Origin: Tubiluchus corallicola
Lineage: Eukaryota; Animalia; Priapulida
DNA length: 64,000 nucleotides
Reading direction: 5' to 3'
NCBI GenBank assembly: GCA_030141605.1
Contig: JAQGDQ010000071.1
Coordinates: 127,787-191,786 of the forward strand
In this document: piece after piece, positions 30,111 to 53,900 of the stretch
How positions within the stretch are numbered: position 1 is the first letter of the stretch
Layout: every line of letters starts with the position of its first letter
Position numbers and translations under genes: made by a program
Notes under the pieces: generated by a model
The model's input: only the letters and a program-made list of their open reading frames with translations
What the model was told of the DNA's origin: nothing
The model's database searches: none

Positions 30111-30578
30111 GTAATATCACAATAATATTTATAATATTCTGTAGTTCATGTGATTTATTTTTAATGTTTTATTTGTTTGTAACACTTCTGTATACGGTAG
30201 TCAACTGATTTTTGAATTGTTCCTAAACGTGAAAGCACCATGAGTATGTATGTGTAACAAACCTGCGCACCTTCCTAATCAAATCTGACTGTTTGAAGAA
30301 TCTTCCTAATAGTCTTCCTAATAGTCGTTATATACGTAATAACACTGTTCATGTAATAACGTATCCTGCGTTACGTGACTCTCTGGCAGTTCGCATGCAG
30401 GATTAATTAAACAAATATATGAGTCTATGTTGACCAATACTATGTTACTACAGCAGAAACAACCTTTTTGTATATTAAACGTACTGGTGCAGTCTGGGCT
30501 GTTTCACAAATAGTTCTTCTTGACAAAAGTCGTATAATGGTAACAGTAATTTATTTTTGTTTAGGTTACACGATCAAA

Positions 30579-42031
<11,453 letters not shown>

Positions 42032-45000
42032 AACAGTTGCTTCGCCAGAATAAATTTTTTTCTTAAAACATTCGTTTAAGGTAGGGTAAAGCTGCGGAAT
42101 GTGGATCACTGGATTTGGGGACACTATACAAAATGGACACAGCTTAAGTACACCACTATAACAGCTTAAAAAGTTAATTTGAAAGAGACAGGATTCCTTT
42201 AACAGAAAAACACAATAAAATGATTCCGACGGAACAACGGTGAATGAAGTGACTGGGGAATTAGTTTCAGTTAAAGGTCTTGTTTCTGTGTAGCCACATA
42301 CACAACTGATTTTACTGGAGCAGAGAAAACCGTCAGAACACGTGTGGCTGACGAATTCGAATCTTGAGGTAATTCGCGCATTTTGCATTCCCTTTTCCAA
42401 GAGGTGTATTAATGGGGGTGCGAGTGGGTCAGCCACACTCAGCTATCAGCTATTTTGGTCATATGCTGCTTGCGTGAGCATTCTTTGGTTGATTCTTGGG
42501 TCGACCCAGGGCATTCCCAATAATCAGGTTTATTTAGGCTGACCAAGGTAAGGTTGGTAGGACCTCAATTTGTAGGTCCCCTGATTGTCCAAGTGTGTCA
42601 TGCCGTCATGCAGCGTACGTAGTCTGTCGTCCGTTCACAATTGGAGTTTAACTCAGTTATACCTGAGCCACTAGGAGTAGTCTTGAGATTTTTGCTAAGA
42701 CTAACGTAGTTAACTTTGGGAAAAACTGATGTCATTCCGAGGGCATACCCTTCAACAGCCGCTCTGCAATGCTGGGTATAGTGTGAACACCTCAGTCAGC
42801 TCAGTGCGAGTAATTAGAATGGCCTGGCACTTAATATTAACACAACATAGGCAAAAAAAAATTTACCCCTTCTATGCCACTAATCCCCTGCAGGATGCAT
42901 ACTGTAGTGTTATAAAGTTTTCTACCGCAAAACTGTCAAGCCTAGAACTTTCGGAGAATGACATTAATTTTAATAACCTTGGGTCAATGCTAAAGATCGT
43001 TGAATGTGGCCAAAAGCCCCAGCGAAACTTGCTGCATGAATTTTGGACCTGAAAACCGTTTGACCAGGAGGCATTGGGAAATTAGTGTTCTTTGCACAAC
43101 ATTATTGCCAATAAGATTTGGCCAAAAGATGATATTGTGTCAATGTCAATATCCTGAAGTCGCTAGACATGAAGGTCATCGATGCTCTGGTTAAGGTTTT
43201 CTAAGTTGGATTACTTTTGGGATTGTCCCTTACTTTTCCCAGATTACTCATCTATAGCGACTGGTCGTCCCAGCATGTACTGCCCTAATGGAATGGCTGA
43301 AAAGTTTTACTCGCAAGATTGTCGAAAGTCTCATTCTCTTTCTTGTATATAGTACTTATGATCACATGCAGTGGCAATACAAAATAAACGGCTTTTTCAC
43401 ATGTTTCTTTAGGAGATTACATTTACATATTTGGACAGAAGGAAATTATTTAATTACTCTAAATTTAAATTTATATTGTATTTTCATCATACTTTTTTAA
43501 ACTTTTGCATATTGCTGCCACCTTCAGGTGTTCTTGTTAAAATTGCTGAATCTTCCTCTTTACTGTTTAAATTTCGTTGGCTTCTACAGTCTTTATGAAT
43601 ACATAATTTCCAAACCTATTTTCACACCTACTGATTTCACCTGCAATTTTGGTCACTTGTTTTTCTGCTTTTCAATATGACACTACTTCGCATTGAACAC
43701 TACTTCAGAATAAAATCTTTTGAACTAAATTTAAAGTTTATTTGGTTTCTTCAAGCCAATATTGTTTATAGATGGCTGATAAGTACTAAGTTAATATTAA
43801 TTAATAAAATCTCTGCTCAAATTTTTTCATAACTAACAAAGTGGGAACCAATAAGATCTTACGTTGAAACTTCTTGCTGAACACAGGTTTGAACAACGAA
43901 TTATCTCATCAATCAAAATACATACCCATTGATAACATGCTTTTTCTGGCCAGGCATTGAAGGTGAAAAGTGAGCGGTTCATTGAAATGGTGATGCGACT
44001 GCCCTCAAATTCACTCACAATAGCTATTGACATGAAAATAAGAGTTGTTAACATGTGTGATGATACACACACCTCTGGGAATTGTGAAGACAGCAAGACT
44101 GCCAAAACTGATACTGTGAGACCAAAGCCAGTTGCTATGTGTTGTGAACTGTGTTAAGAGCAGAACAAAAGTTGTGAAATGCTTAAACTTCTTTGGAGTA
44201 AGAAAACGAACACTAGGTAGAATGAGCTTGGTCTGGAAAAATACTTGTTCTTACTCATGTGTTTTCTTTGAGTTACTGACACACCTTGTTGAACAGTTAT
44301 TGCCAGAGTATGACAGAGTAAAGTTTGACGTGGTCTAAAAATGCGCCAGTTTTTTGTCTGTTTTAGTTTGACAGCTTAAAAACTGATCTTGTAAACGGAC
44401 CATTATACAAATAAATTATTTTGATCTTGCTCTATTACTGTTGTTCCTTTGGCAAATAAACCCAGCAGCCAGTTTCTCTCGAAGCCTAAGGGCAGATAAT
44501 ATATTTATATTATATTTGATATACTTTTTGATAGATTAAATGGTAAAAAACACATATACAAATATTAGTTAAATTGTTTACACTCATTTACATACACACA
44601 CAACCCAAAAAACGACAATATTGACACATTTACATTGTAAAGACGACTTAATACCTATACAATAATATAAACGCAGAATTTTTGATTATTGGGTGCAGCA
44701 TCACTTCAATTATTAGTCATCAACAACTAAATTCATGATCTGTACATAAACCAATATACATAGTTACACATTTGTATTTAAAATATCTACATCATTGGTC
44801 CCAATTAGAAAAATCTTCATTAGTCGCATCTAGAAAATCAGGACAGGGAAATGCATCCGGAATGCGCTCCGTCATTACGTATCCAGCCTTGTACAAAAAA
44901 TCAATAGGAATAGCTGCAGAAGGCAATAACGAAGGTCTGATAAACGAGTTCATTGAAAACAATATAAACAAATTTCTACGCATTAACGCATAGCGCATTC

Positions 45001-45118
45001 CAGATGTCTGGTAATCGTCGCTTTACTTGAAGTACGTCCTAGTCTCACGTAAGCGAAAATTTATTCTTTGCGCGAAGCCACAGCAAAACTGGTGGAACTA
45101 AAACACTCGTTCTCAACA

Positions 45119-46177
45119 ATGCGAAATGTGCGAAGCAAAGTCGTTGCTGTTAGTTTATGCATGGTCAGTTTATACTGTCTAAGCCAAATTTTAGAAATAG
45201 GCAAGAAAATTGAAAAAAAGAATTTCTCAGTCAGTTTTTCATGGCAAAATTTCACTGTAAATGTTGAGTTGCAGGACCGGAATCAACGCTTTCACCTCCA
45301 ATTAGCAGTCCTTACTTACAACAGACCGTTGTCATTGTTGAGGTTGCTGAATTCGTTAACTGTTGCTGATTACCAAAACGACAACGTAACATTAAAAATA
45401 TGTATAGATAGAAAAATGCAGAACAATCTTGTCTGCAATGAAACCATATCTATATCTAACTCGTTCATTTGGCCGCATGGAGAGAAGCTGGTTCACGTTC
45501 ACTCTAAGCATGTGGGTCCATATATTCAGTGGTACGATTGCTGGAAACCGACAGGACATTCAAATGATTTTGGATTGATTTTAGAAGACGACTTAGAACT
45601 GTCGCCATATTTTTATCTGTGGCTGAAACCTGCACTTTTGTTTTACCAAGACAACAAGGACGTTGGAGCCGTGTCACTGCAGAGGCCAACACTTGTGGTG
45701 AAGATGAAAAAGGGACGCATGTTAAAGAAGAATCCTCTGTGTGCAGAGTGCAAAGATTCTGCATTTCTCTATCGCTTACCAGGATCATGGGGTTATGCCC
45801 CTATGCCAAAAGTCTGGATACGATTTCGCGAGTGGGTGTTTGACGTTTTGAAAAATCAAACCTTTGTCCCTTACATTAAAAATGAAAAATTTCTTGTTAC
45901 TAATAAGTGGGTTAATTTATTCCACCGAAAGTCAATGCCAACTTCATACTTTCTATATTACAATGATATAAACCATCTTTACACACTTTATAGTAATCTC
46001 CCTTTCAACAGAACTCTATCGTGCAACAGAAGAGAACCAGGAATGCATTATAAAATTAAAGGCCAGTATGCTCCTACTTGCGACTTTAAGCCTCTGGACA
46101 TGTGGATTGAAAGTTTTACTTCTTTTCCAGTCAAGCCTTTGAAACTAAACTGGGCAGCAGAACTAGAATTACCATAA
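45119..46177 (+). CDS. Intronless type II membrane GT-A fold glycosyltransferase (GT2-like, uncharacterised family), 352 aa
   Basis: First ATG at 45119 within the 45068-46177 ORF. Signal anchor VVAVSLCMVSLYCLSQIL; LAVLTYNRPLSLLRLLNSL, LKICID, WPHGEK, LILEDDLELSPYFY (DxD-type EDD motif), GSWG. Confidence 0.85.
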   Translation: MRNVRSKVVAVSLCMVSLYCLSQILEIGKKIEKKNFSVSFSWQNFTVNVELQDRNQRFHLQLAVLTYNRPLSLLRLLNSLTVADYQNDNVTLKICIDRKMQNNLVCNETISISNSFIWPHGEKLVHVHSKHVGPYIQWYDCWKPTGHSNDFGLILEDDLELSPYFYLWLKPALLFYQDNKDVGAVSLQRPTLVVKMKKGRMLKKNPLCAECKDSAFLYRLPGSWGYAPMPKVWIRFREWVFDVLKNQTFVPYIKNEKFLVTNKWVNLFHRKSMPTSYFLYYNDINHLYTLYSNLPFNRTLSCNRREPGMHYKIKGQYAPTCDFKPLDMWIESFTSFPVKPLKLNWAAELELP

Positions 46178-46412
46178 TCGTTCCTTTTTGTCAATTAGTA
46201 AAAAGCGGTTGTTCAAAAAACGTTTTTGTAGAAAAGTTTAGATAATGTTCATGTACACTGTCAAAACTAGCGCAAAATACACTCATTTTCGGTTGCGTAC
46301 TTCGGTCAGCAAAGTTGTTGTTCAGTTTAATATTGAATTCGTTTAAGGGCTAAATTCTCACGTAGATAGCCAACTTTAAAAGTAATACTCCACAAACTAC
46401 AATGTTGTTATC

Positions 46413-46444
46413 GTTGTTGTTGTTGTTGTTGTTGTAGTTGTTGA

Positions 46445-46494
<50 letters not shown>

Positions 46495-46510
46495 TTGTTG
46501 TTGTTGTTGT
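46413..46510. repeat. (GTT)n microsatellite
   Basis: Directly visible. Confidence 0.95.
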
Positions 46511-46759
46511 CTTTATCGCTCAGTATTAAATGTGTATGAAATTAACAGTTTTTTACATGATTATGTTGTTTCCCAGAGCAAAAACAAAGCATGATTAAAA
46601 TATGCGCTTGTTATTATTATGGCAACATCATAATAATCTTTACAAAGACAAAAAATGTGGGTGCTTTCGACCAGTATGAAAACGACGAGGAAAATAAATC
46701 GACTAGAACAAGTTAAATCATAACGTCATAATGTAATGCGAACCTATACTTGATAAATA

Positions 46760-48700
46760 TGAACGCTCCAGATCTGCTTTCCTATCGTGAAAGGTGCCAG
46801 AGTGAGGTATTTGAAGATATGAAGGTTTCTCGAACTAGTTTTAAGCTTGCCTCCAGGAATGTCAGTGCACAAGAATTGTCCACTCATAATGATAATTTTG
46901 CTCGTAATTTATTTAATGAGACACTTTATAAGTTTTGGAGAAAGATTAAAACTTGTTGTAATAATAATATTCCGCTCCCTGACAAAATTGATGATGTGCA
47001 TGGTGGAGGAAATATTTGTAAACTCTGGAAGAGGCATTACGAGCCAAATAATTCAGTGTCAAATAATAAGTTAAATAGTGATTGCGAACAGGTAGATATT
47101 CCAGCTGGTGGTGAACCTGTGTGTGTAATGTATCAGAAATATGAGCTCTATTAGATCTCTTAAACGACATAAGACATATGGGCTTCATTGTATTGCTGCT
47201 GAACATGTGATTTTTGCTAGCTATAGAATTTATGTATTGTTGTCTCTGTTGTTCACTGGTATGTCTAACCACGTATATGCACCTGCTGTTATTACTGACT
47301 ATGTAATTGTACCTGTTATCAAAAACACGAGTCTTGATATAACGGATAGCGATAATTTCATACCAATAGCTTTATCTACAGTGTTTAGTAAAATATCACT
47401 TTGCATTCGAAAAGGTATATAGCACTGAATTATATATATATATATATATGCAACTGAAAAAGACACTACATACTTATAACAATAACTGTAGTCCTACATT
47501 AATGTGTCTAATTTGACGCCAGTAAGGCATTTGATCGCCTGAATTCATACAGGCCTTTTAAGAAACTCACTGCTGTTGGGTTACCAGTTTCAATGTTGTC
47601 TATGCTGAAATATTGGTAAACTTCACAGCGGGTATGTGTTCGCTGGGACAAAACTTACTCTGATTATTTTTCTGTGTCAAACGGCCTGAGACAAGGTGGA
47701 ATTCTATCTCCTTTGCTTTTCGCAGCCTATATTGATGACCTCTCAAAATATCTGTCGTGCGAAGAAAGTGCATGTTGCCACATTGGCGAAAATGCAATCA
47801 GTCACTCATGTATGCAGACGACTTATGTCTCGTAGAAAACTTCTTACGGTATGTGAAAAATACGCTGTTGAAAATGATATCGTTTTCAATGTAAAATATA
47901 CGATGTATATTTGCATCTATTTTTACCCCTTAGCTTCCGGCATGTTGTCCCTGGAAGGGTTTTCTGTTTGGCAAAGAAGTTAAAGTTAACCATAATGAAA
48001 AGTACCTTGGCCATTATTTGAGTAATGACTTAAGTGATGATGCTGACATCTTGAATCAGCTATGATTAATTTAAATAATAGTCAATTGTATTATTAGGGG
48101 ATTTGGTAACTGTTCTGCACAAAGATTTATTGTTCCAGTCATATTGTACTCAGTTCTACTGTTCTAGCATATAGGTGAAATTAAATTGCACAAAATTCGT
48201 AAACTTAGATCTGTGTATAATACTGCTGTTAGAAACTGTTTTAATTATGAATATGGCACTAGAGCTTCGTATATGTATGCAATGAACAGTATTCCACATT
48301 TAACTGTAATTCTTCTTATAGTATCTGGTCAAGAATCAACGAAAAAAGTGATAATTTCATTATTAATGGTCGTGTTAATGTATCTGACATACGATACAGT
48401 TCAAACTTCGTCTTGCACTGGTCGCAGGTACTTTTACCAAGTTCAATTATATAACCTGTGTGCATACGATGACTTTTACTTTGTATATAACTTTTTACCC
48501 TAATATCTAATCATATGTAATTTTTTTAGTTAAAGATTTTCAACATTGTGTGCTGTAGTTTAAATTTTATTGTATGTGTGTATATATTTGTATATGACAT
48601 TTAGCTGAAATAAGCTGATCAATCAAAATTAGAAAAATAAATTGTCTGTGTTTATGTATTTCATCTTGTATTTTATGTGTGTCGTAGAGTAAATAAATAA
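46760..48700 (+). mobile_element. Degenerate LINE ORF2 (RT) relic between the two single-exon GT genes
   Basis: Frameshifted pieces FWRKIK, IAAEHV, IVPVIKN..DNFIPIALSTVFSKI, GLRQGGILSPLLF..YIDDLS, YADDL and KYLGHYLSNDLSDDADI. Many stops and frameshifts. Confidence 0.85.
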
Positions 48701-49860
48701 AAAGTAAAATAAACCAAATTTCATCAGAATCTATATAGTCGGCTCTACCAGTCAACCTATTATACAGCTAAGAAAACTGTGTTCAAAGTGAAAGTAATAG
48801 CGGTTTTGCTAACGTGAATTTAGTGGCTCTATGCCATTCATCACAAAATTTTTGCTTTATGTTTGTGTGGTTTTCATTGGATTTTTTATTCATGAATAAT
48901 ACAGTGTGACTATATCCGTTTTAAGTATGATATTTTTTGTGTTAGTAATATTAAAAAACATTAGCTTTTAGTGCATTTAGTAATCTTGTGATTTTTTCCC
49001 TTTTTAGTATTTTCCTTGAGTATAAACCATGGTATTGTTTTGCTGTTTTAATGTTTACTTCTTGTTTCTTTATTGCAGCTATATTTGTTAATTGCCTGCC
49101 ACATTTTTGTCATTCGAAGTTCAATTTTCGCTATCATGGAATATGCAGAGCACTCTGTATGTTAATTTTTGCTGGTTTACTTTTGAAGAAATAAAGGCTT
49201 ATATGTATGCGAATGTCATGCATGCGAGGCTCGCGTATAAAGTTGTAATACATTTCACCTTACAACGCTAAATGCAAAAATATATTTACTTCATGTTTCC
49301 AGATTACAGACGCAACCGTCAGCTCGACTTCCGAGAATATCTCATTGCATTCGATGCCATGTTGGCACAACGTTGTTGAAAAACTTATTAAAATCGACAT
49401 ATTGCAACTAGTGGGCTTTAGCCAAGCTCAACTCAGCAAATTATTAGCACCTGGTTAAGACAGGAATTTAAGTGTTGTGGGTATTCAACGAAAAAAAAAC
49501 ATTATCATAAGTGTACTGACTGAAACCTCACACTGTGCTATTTAAATTTATCTATGCTCAATGATAAGCTTATAAAAAACGGAAAACATCGCTATTCGCA
49601 AGTGCTTTATACTTTAAAATTTCAAAATGTTATACAAATTATAACGTTTCGAACAAAGAAGGAAAATGTGGTCATACAGAGACAAGCTAATTTACCTTCG
49701 ACTTCGTAGCGAAGAATATCTTTCAAATGATGTTAAGAATCAAGTGCATATAGATGTTGAAAATAATACGCATAATTAAAGTCTGTCTAAGATGCAACAA
49801 CAAAAATTTAACAGAAACAAAACAAACTTTAGTAGCTGAACGCGATTTGATACAGCTAAA

Positions 49861-50901
49861 ATGAGACAATTAAATTTTAAGTCATTTCTTATTTTTTGCT
49901 GTTCATTTGTGCTTTTTTACATTGCATTTAAGGAATTTTGTGCGTATAAAAGACTTGACAAATTTGCAAATACGGAAATAGTTTATAGCAACGAAAAAGA
50001 ACGTGTAAGAGCAGCGAATGGAACAACCAAAGAGCAAAAATCAAGTGAGATGTTTAAAACTGTTAAAATGCAAAAAATTATGGAAATGGTCAACAACGTC
50101 GAGAAAACTGGGAAAATTTTGCACGTGGCGATGATCAATGAAGGCTATCTTCCATTAACACACAACTGGTTGTGTAATACGCAGATTCTTGATGTCCATG
50201 ATCAACTGCTGTTTATTGCAACAGATGAAGTAGCATATACTTCATTACAGAAATCGTCGCCGAAAGTAAATGTTTTTAACTTGCACACTTTGAGCAAACT
50301 CAACGAAAAATACACATTTGACACATGGAATTATAAATATTACTTACTACTCAGAGTAAAGTTTTTGCTGGACTTACTAAGGCACAACGTTTCTTTTGTA
50401 CTTTTTGAAACAGACAGTTTGTGGTTAAGAAGTCCAAATGATCTTATAAAAAACTATAGTAATTATGATATCATTAGTGCCCAATTTAAGGGAGTAAATT
50501 TGAAACAACAAAAATATACAGTTGGTTACATTTTTCTCAACTCAACAAATGAAGGCATTAAAATCTGGAGTGAAATGATAATTCGTTTAGAAAGCGAAAT
50601 CAATAATACTTATGAACAAATTATTCTCGACAATTTGTGTAAACAGAAATTTTCTTCAGCCAAATGCACATTGCTTCCATACCAGTATGTTACTGATGGG
50701 GTCTGGTACAAAATGAATCTTAGCATGAGGGCAAAAATTGTTCCTAATCCTTACTTAATAAATAACAACTTTATTAAAGGAATACCTCAAAAAATGGCTA
50801 GGGCAAAAAGATATGGTCATTGGTTCTTGGACGAGCATGCAAAGTGTAATCTAACTCATGTAAAGTATGTAATGCAAAGATTCAAAATTTCTGTGCAGTA
50901 A
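49861..50901 (+). CDS. Intronless nucleotide-diphospho-sugar transferase-like protein (PF03407/GT77-like), 346 aa
   Basis: ATG-started 346-codon ORF with TM FLIFCCSFVLFYIAF; MINEGYLPLTHNWLCNT, LLFIATD, RVKFLLDLLRHNVSFVLFETDSLWLRSP, GYIFL, EQIIL, INNNFIKGIPQKMARAKRYGHWFL. This matches the recalled pattern of this family. Confidence 0.82.
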   Translation: MRQLNFKSFLIFCCSFVLFYIAFKEFCAYKRLDKFANTEIVYSNEKERVRAANGTTKEQKSSEMFKTVKMQKIMEMVNNVEKTGKILHVAMINEGYLPLTHNWLCNTQILDVHDQLLFIATDEVAYTSLQKSSPKVNVFNLHTLSKLNEKYTFDTWNYKYYLLLRVKFLLDLLRHNVSFVLFETDSLWLRSPNDLIKNYSNYDIISAQFKGVNLKQQKYTVGYIFLNSTNEGIKIWSEMIIRLESEINNTYEQIILDNLCKQKFSSAKCTLLPYQYVTDGVWYKMNLSMRAKIVPNPYLINNNFIKGIPQKMARAKRYGHWFLDEHAKCNLTHVKYVMQRFKISVQ

Positions 50902-53900
50902 CTTTTGACGAAGAACTAAAATTGATTTTTGATTCCACATTAATAAGACTTGCAGCAAAAATAAGACAAGGTAAAGCTACTTTAGTATTGTTTGCACAAG
51001 AAATATTAAATATGAGAAGTTTCTTAATGTTAAGCAACATCTTATGCTATAAGATTCAGTTCAGAACGTCCCTGGGAAATATCACTCTGACTATGAAAAC
51101 AGAAACAGACATTTTTTGCTACAGATTTCAAAAGAGCTTCAATTTCAAACAGTATGTCGTGATTTCAAATAAAACTTCACTCTTTCAGGACTCCATCAAC
51201 CAAAATAGGTCTTATACTATGAATTTTCTGCGACATTTCTGATCAGAGACAGAACCAAATGACTACAAATTAGGAACTATTCTATTCAAGAGGATATCAG
51301 CCATCCAATCATGCTATTTGTTTAAACATTTAACAGTGATTTAATTGGATAAAATTAAGAAAATACACCCTGTCAGGCACTCCAACTTAGCGTATTGAGT
51401 AGCTTAGCTTGGTGTACACTTTGCGTGATTGCACATATTAATTCATTGATCTACTGCTTGCTGCAGTAGAAACTGTGCAGTGTTCTGTTACTATTCCAGG
51501 AAAAACCAACGGATCAACCAAGGACAAATTAATCTCGTTTCATCTTTTAATCTCCATAAAAAATATAAAATAGACTTGAGGCCAAAGTGCATCAGAGTGT
51601 TGTGTTTGAATATTTTATTTTTCTGCATAAACCGATTTCACACAAGCGTGCTGTACTTTGTTACAGAGCAAAGGCTAGAGCTACTGACATTTTTTTTAAA
51701 TTTATTTTTCAAAAATCGATTTTTAATTGGTCTAAGGTAAGCAAATGCATTTCATACGTAATTTTGCATGAAAAACCATTGTGTGAGGAAAGGAAACCTG
51801 CAAAAAGAAATCAAAATAATGTAACAAGCAAATGTTTGCAGTCCTGAAGGAGTTAAAGCCTGCCACTTTCTTATACTTTGGCCTAGGACTGCCCAGAAAT
51901 CAGTCTTTCTGCTTCGTAAGTTGTTTTGTGCTTAAAAGACTTTAACGGTTGTTTGCTCCCTCTCTGACGTGCATTTGCATGAATTAGCCTGGCTGTTTTG
52001 TCTGTGGTAATGGAATAAGCACCCAGCAGAGTGATCAGTATGCCATGTCCAGAAGATAACTATTTGGATTCCTCCGTTCTTAAAGCGAATTTTCTAATGT
52101 TATAAGCTTACTAACTGACCTGTCATAAACTTATGTTAACGAAGTTTTCGCATTGTTATGATTAGTTAAATTATTACAGTAATCCTGGTCTATAATAGTT
52201 ATATAATAGTTCCTATATAATAAACTGCATGCACTATTTTAATTACAATTTTCAGATCTTATTTTTTATTTTGCCACCAAGATTAGTTTAGTTTAGATTA
52301 CTTCACTGCAAGTATAAAAATAAATTATATCAGATAGGGCTAACAGCCAGAATGCATATTTGCTGCTTTTGCATCAAATACATGACCATTAAAAATATCA
52401 CACTTCAAAAGTACAAATAAAATCATACAGACATGTAAGATACAATGACGTTGCAAAAAATATTGGAGTGAATCAGAAATGTCTCAATCATGATTACATA
52501 TAAAACTGTTAAATTTACGGTCTGTCATAAAATTTGTCTTCGACAAGTACATTACAAGAGATTTTTTTAATAACAACAAATCCTTTGCATGTGGGAACCA
52601 CCGTTACACAAATTATTCCACGATGGCTGTTTGACAGCTACTTGCCTTGAGTAGTGGCGCTGCAGTCTCACCATAGTGATCAGGCAGACAAATTTAAAAT
52701 TATTTGGTTCACATTTTCATTCCTCAAACGATTAACAGAGTGTAGTCTATGACATTTTAGACACAGCAATGAGCACCAATATTCTTGAGTGCGCTTGGCG
52801 TATTGGGTTGACAGCTGATATTAGGAAAGAATTAATATTTACACGTTTTCTTCAAGCATTGAAGTAAACCGCCAATATTACTGTAAACAAACTTTCTTTA
52901 GATTTTTAGCAGAATTTTTTTAGGGCATTTTTCTCGAAATATTGGCTTTCGCATTTCGCAAATTTCGCCTTTTTCATTTAAACCTCTATTGCAGACTGGT
53001 AATGAACGTGACGTTCAAAAGATTGGCTTAAAAATTTATTAAAATCACGGTCCTAAAATGTTCACATGACTAACGCAAAATGCTGACTAATATATATCAC
53101 AATACACATTGGTGTGCTTGCAAACCAAAACCGTCCATAAGTCGGCATAGTTAAAACTAAGTTATGATGCTTCAAAGTAGAAAGCACCAAAAATTTTGTC
53201 AAATGTGGATTTTTTATTTTTTTTATGAAAAAAATGCTTATTGGACTTTTATATTCTAGCATCAGGAAAATGTCCAAAAATACTAAAAATCAAAATTTAT
53301 AACTAATTACTGTAATGATGGCCTTTCCACGTGTTTGATAGTAATTAGTAACTTATGCAATATGAGTAAGAAGCGCTTTTGAAATGCGGAGTTTTCCTTG
53401 TGGTTTATGTGTACCTGTTTCTGAATACAAAGCTTACTGAAAGCTTAGTTACAATAGCTATGGATAATATATTAAGACCAAGATATTATAATCCAAGGCT
53501 TTTGTTCTACTGACAGACAATCTGAGTAAGCAAGAAAAAAGTAAAAAATACATTACAATAACTAAGATGGCCATTTCAAGAATTACAGCACGAGTTTTTG
53601 GTACCAAACAGTAACCTAATAGTAACTGCAGTTTTATAAACATAAAAGTTTGTACACAAGATATCACCAATTTGAGTAATCACAATTGAGCTCAAAAGTA
53701 AACTGTTACTTCCCTCTGGAGTGAGCACTCAGTATGTCAGTCTATTGGCAATCGCTGGGGTACACCCTTCGTCTCTCCATGGAAGGATACCACCTCCAAA
53801 ACATCGCATACCACTCTCGACAGTACTAGGTGCCAGTCCGTCCACACCATGACAACAAGTGCTGGATTGCTTATACTGTGTAAAAGGCTCAAAGATGGTT

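Noticed and set aside
30468-30578. N-terminal extension of the 625-aa ORF (TTG start) and its tail 32254-32345
   Set aside because: Mostly intron read-through: there is an acceptor at 30563-64 with ATG at 30579, and a donor at 32254.
46577-46716. Acceptor followed by a short ATG ORF (MIKICACYYYGNIIIIF..AFDQYENDEENK) before the LINE relic, possibly a truncated gene start
   Set aside because: Only about 41 codons, with no recognisable family motif; cannot be supported.
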